Assembly: GCA_046583315.1 (NCBI GenBank)
Contig: JAYGCN010000069.1
Span: forward strand, 1 to 10,093
Direction: 5' to 3'
Length of the DNA: 10,093 nt
Origin: Candidatus Hydrogenedentota bacterium
GTDB lineage: Bacteria > Hydrogenedentota > Hydrogenedentia > Hydrogenedentales > GCA-2746185
The notes beneath the pieces are model-generated. The model ran no database searches, had not been told where the DNA came from, and saw only the letters and a list, made by a program, of their open reading frames with translations. Below are positions 7,538 through 10,093 of the stretch, in pieces (position 1 is the first letter of the stretch; each line of letters starts with the position of its first letter). The translations under genes were made by a program, and so were the position numbers.

Positions 7538-8277
7538 AGACCCTCATCGTCGCCGATGTTCACCTCATGGTGAGCGAACGCGGTGCTCCGACCCGCCAGG
7601 CCTTCGAAGCCTTCCTGCGCACGATCAATCCTGCCGAAATCGAGCGGATCATCATCTTGGGCGACCTCTTCGATTTCTGGTTCGAATACAAACAAGTCAT
7701 ATTTTCAGGCTATTTCGGCATTCTATCCGCCCTCTACAACCTGCAACAAGCCGGCGTCGAACTACACCTCATCTGCGGCAACCACGACTTCTGGGCAGGC
7801 CGATTCCTACGCGAACACCTCAATATCACCATTCACCCCGACCAATTCGCAATCACCCTCGGCCAATTCCGCGTACTGTGTGCCCACGGCGACGGCATCA
7901 ACCCCAAAGACCGACGATACCGCGCCTACAAAAAATTCGCGCGCCATCCCCTCATCATCAATGCCTTCCGATTAATTCATCCCGACTGGGCCATGCGAAT
8001 CGCGCAAGGCATCTCCCACGGAAGCCGTACACTGCTCGCGCCAGACGACCCCGCCCAAAGCGACGAAGTCATCGCGCTCCGAAAATACGCCGAAACAGAA
8101 CTCGCCAAAGGTCAACACGATGTCATCATCTGCGCCCACACCCACTTCCCCGAACAAACAGAATATCCAACACCCACCGGACAAGGCCTCTACATCAACA
8201 CCGGCGACTGGATGGAAAAAAGAACCTACCTCATCTGGAACGACGGCGATTTCGAACGGATGACCTGGGAAGATTAG
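7534..8277 (+). CDS. UDP-2,3-diacylglucosamine diphosphatase family (LpxH/LpxH2-like) calcineurin-like metallophosphoesterase
   Basis: ADVHL, LGDLFDFW, GNHDFW, HGDG, AHTH, NTGDW motifs, with an LpxH-like insertion between HGD and HTH. ATGA overlap with lepB. Confidence 0.85.
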   Translation: MKTLIVADVHLMVSERGAPTRQAFEAFLRTINPAEIERIIILGDLFDFWFEYKQVIFSGYFGILSALYNLQQAGVELHLICGNHDFWAGRFLREHLNITIHPDQFAITLGQFRVLCAHGDGINPKDRRYRAYKKFARHPLIINAFRLIHPDWAMRIAQGISHGSRTLLAPDDPAQSDEVIALRKYAETELAKGQHDVIICAHTHFPEQTEYPTPTGQGLYINTGDWMEKRTYLIWNDGDFERMTWED

Positions 8278-8384
8278 AACGGCCAGCTCTCGACTCGTTC
8301 AGATACACTGCTCACCTGCGAATTGATTCACACTCGGTACGGAAACCCTCAGCGCCTCTGCGGTAAAACACCCCGCCCTTCGCC

Positions 8385-9311
8385 CTAAAAAAGCGTATGC
8401 CCGCCATCCCGGAAAAAATACCCGCCCAGAAAACCCGCTATCCCGGCCGCAAGACTCACCAACAACCACAACAACTTCATCCCCTGTTTGCGCTGAAACG
8501 ACCGCAACTTCATGAACAACGTCAACATCGGACTCGGGCTGATATGCGCGACGATGACCGTGATGTTATCTTTCCCGCCATTTTCGTTCGCCAAATTCAC
8601 CAGACGCGCAGCGATCTCAGCCGAAGGACCACCCTTCACGATTTCAGCGACCATATCGTTGTCCGACACCATATTGACCAGGCCGTCCGTACACACCAGC
8701 AACCAGTCGCCCGGAACGATATGCCACATGTACGTATCCACCTCTACTTCCGCACGCGTACCCACGCTACGGGTCACCACATTACGACGAGCGTCCACCT
8801 CCGCTTCCGATTTCGACATCAAACCCATCTTCACCTGCTCATCCACCCATGAGTGATCTTCCGTACGCACGATAATGTCACCATCGCGAACGTGATACAC
8901 CCGTGAATCCCCCACATTTGAGATATGCACCTTCTTCGGCGAGACCAACGCAGACACCATCGTCGTGCCCATCGGTTTACCACCCGTGTTCATATCTTCA
9001 TTGGTCTGGAACACACTCGTGTTCGACATCTTCGTGTAGCGTTCCATTAAACCCAGCATCGGGACATCAACATTCCCATCCCCATCCGGTCCGGGAGGCG
9101 ACTCTTTGGCAATGTCCTTCATGATAGAAACCGCCAACTTGCTCGCAATCTCGCCCCCCATATGACCGCCCAGGCCATCCGCCACGACCAGCAGACCACC
9201 CTCATCAAACAGGTTCAAATTCGGCGTATTCTCCAAAAATACACCAAACGAATCCTCATTTTCCTTCTTCCGCCGCCCGATATCAGACTGCGCAGCTACA
9301 TCCAGACGCAT
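8385..9311 (-). CDS. PP2C/PPM-family Ser/Thr phosphatase (PrpC/Stp1-like) with C-terminal TM helix
   Basis: SDIGRRKKENEDS, VADGLGGH, GTT, NVGDSRVY, TEDHS, VTRSVG, CTDGL, GGKDNIT motifs. C-terminal LLWLLVSLAAGIAGFLGGYFF. GGGGGT SD precedes ATG at 9311. Confidence 0.95.
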   Translation of the reverse strand: MRLDVAAQSDIGRRKKENEDSFGVFLENTPNLNLFDEGGLLVVADGLGGHMGGEIASKLAVSIMKDIAKESPPGPDGDGNVDVPMLGLMERYTKMSNTSVFQTNEDMNTGGKPMGTTMVSALVSPKKVHISNVGDSRVYHVRDGDIIVRTEDHSWVDEQVKMGLMSKSEAEVDARRNVVTRSVGTRAEVEVDTYMWHIVPGDWLLVCTDGLVNMVSDNDMVAEIVKGGPSAEIAARLVNLANENGGKDNITVIVAHISPSPMLTLFMKLRSFQRKQGMKLLWLLVSLAAGIAGFLGGYFFRDGGHTLF

Positions 9312-9334
9312 AATACCCCCACTCGATTCTCTAA

Positions 9335-9363
9335 ACGCTACCAAAAGGCCATTCCAAATGCAA
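9335..9363 (-). promoter_or_regulatory. Putative sigma70-type promoter for the PP2C gene
   Basis: The minus strand reads TTGCAT-N17-TAGCGT, with TG at the extended -10 position. Confidence 0.45.
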
Positions 9364-9385
9364 CCGATTCATTTTTAAAAAGAGG

Positions 9386-9414
9386 TTGAATCACGCTTGG
9401 CTTAACGTTAAAAT
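9386..9414 (+). promoter_or_regulatory. Putative sigma70-type promoter for the DnaA/Hda-like gene
   Basis: TTGAAT (9386-9391)-N17-TAAAAT (9409-9414), overlapped by the perfect palindrome TTAACGTTAA (9402-9411). Confidence 0.55.
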
Positions 9415-9550
9415 CAGGTATTGGATGATAGACATGCTGGGAGACAGGGATTGGGTACAGAGATGCGACCCGCGCTACCGTCGCGTCAATAAAGGCCCTC
9501 ACCCCGAAGTCAGCTAAAACTGGCTCTGCACGCTACGGGTTAGGATTTTC

Positions 9551-10093
9551 ATGGAACGCTATAGCTTCGCGACATATCTAGTTGACGAATATAATCAGGA
9601 AGCGTTCTCCCTTTGCCATGATATCGCCAATCTCAGTTCCGAGGCACGCCAACCCATCGTCCTGCTCGGCGATGCCGGTACCGGCAAAACGCACCTCCTC
9701 TATTCCATCGTTGGACGTGTCCGTTCCACCAATGACTCCACCGGACTCGCATACGTAACCGCCGACGATTTCCCGCAGGCCGTGCGCGATCTCGTTAACG
9801 ATCCACGACCCGTACAAGATGCCACCCATGCCATCCTGCTCATCGATCAACTCGAAAGCTTCACTGAAAATCTCGAAATTCTACAGAATGTAATACAACT
9901 TTTTCTCGACAACAACCATTTGGTCGCGTGTGCTTCACGCGTGCATATCTCACGCCTCGAACATCTTCCCGGGGGACTCGCCCACTTGCTCGACCATGGG
10001 CACCACATTTCGATCCTCCCTCAAGATTCACCCACACGCATCGAGCTGCTCGAACAAACCATACGAAACGAACACGACCAGGTCATCACACGC
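9551..10093 (+). CDS. DnaA/Hda-family AAA+ domain protein, divergent (3' partial, 181 codons visible)
   Basis: Manual translation: MERYSFATYLVDEYNQEAFSLCHDIA...QPIVLLGDAGTGKTHLLYSI...AYVTADDF...ILLIDQLESF...ILPQDSPTRIELL. This matches the DnaA domain III pattern (YTF..F..G..N..A; P+.+.G..G.GKTHL; Y+.+E.F; LLIDD). AGGA SD precedes ATG 9551, and the frame stays open to the window end. Confidence 0.85.
   Translation, partial: MERYSFATYLVDEYNQEAFSLCHDIANLSSEARQPIVLLGDAGTGKTHLLYSIVGRVRSTNDSTGLAYVTADDFPQAVRDLVNDPRPVQDATHAILLIDQLESFTENLEILQNVIQLFLDNNHLVACASRVHISRLEHLPGGLAHLLDHGHHISILPQDSPTRIELLEQTIRNEHDQVITR

Noticed and set aside
289..9389. Remaining short overlapping or antisense ORFs in the track (e.g. 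461-934, 4780-5223, 7878-8366, 8397-8852)
   Set aside because: All overlap better-supported genes and lack recognisable motifs.
9312..9550. oriC next to a dnaA-like gene
   Set aside because: I found no TTATCCACA-type DnaA boxes or repeated AT-rich unwinding elements by eye, and the ORF is not a canonical DnaA.
9578..9850. 90-aa minus-strand ORF
   Set aside because: It is antisense to the DnaA-like ORF, which carries clear family motifs.

Overview
A 10.1 kb bacterial chromosomal window, mostly housekeeping and cell-envelope genes, with no mobile elements, CRISPR arrays or RNA genes evident. Left to right: tyrS; a 62-aa membrane microprotein coupled to an HD-domain (YfbR/HDDC2-like) hydrolase; a convergent MltD-like lipoprotein lytic transglycosylase with five LysM repeats; a divergent three-gene unit (J-domain-like protein lacking HPD, 359-aa unknown helical protein, PHP phosphoesterase); lepB coupled to an LpxH-like metallophosphoesterase; a convergent PP2C (PrpC/Stp1) phosphatase with a C-terminal membrane anchor; and, divergent from it, a DnaA/Hda-like AAA+ ORF that runs off the window end and is absent from the supplied ORF track. 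The most unusual items are (i) that DnaA-like protein, which starts at the AAA+ domain, keeps Walker A but has lost the second Walker B acid, the sensor-I Asp and both box-VII arginines, and shares a back-to-back promoter region with the phosphatase, and (ii) the HPD-less J-like protein operon. All family calls come from motif recognition by eye; no searches were run.
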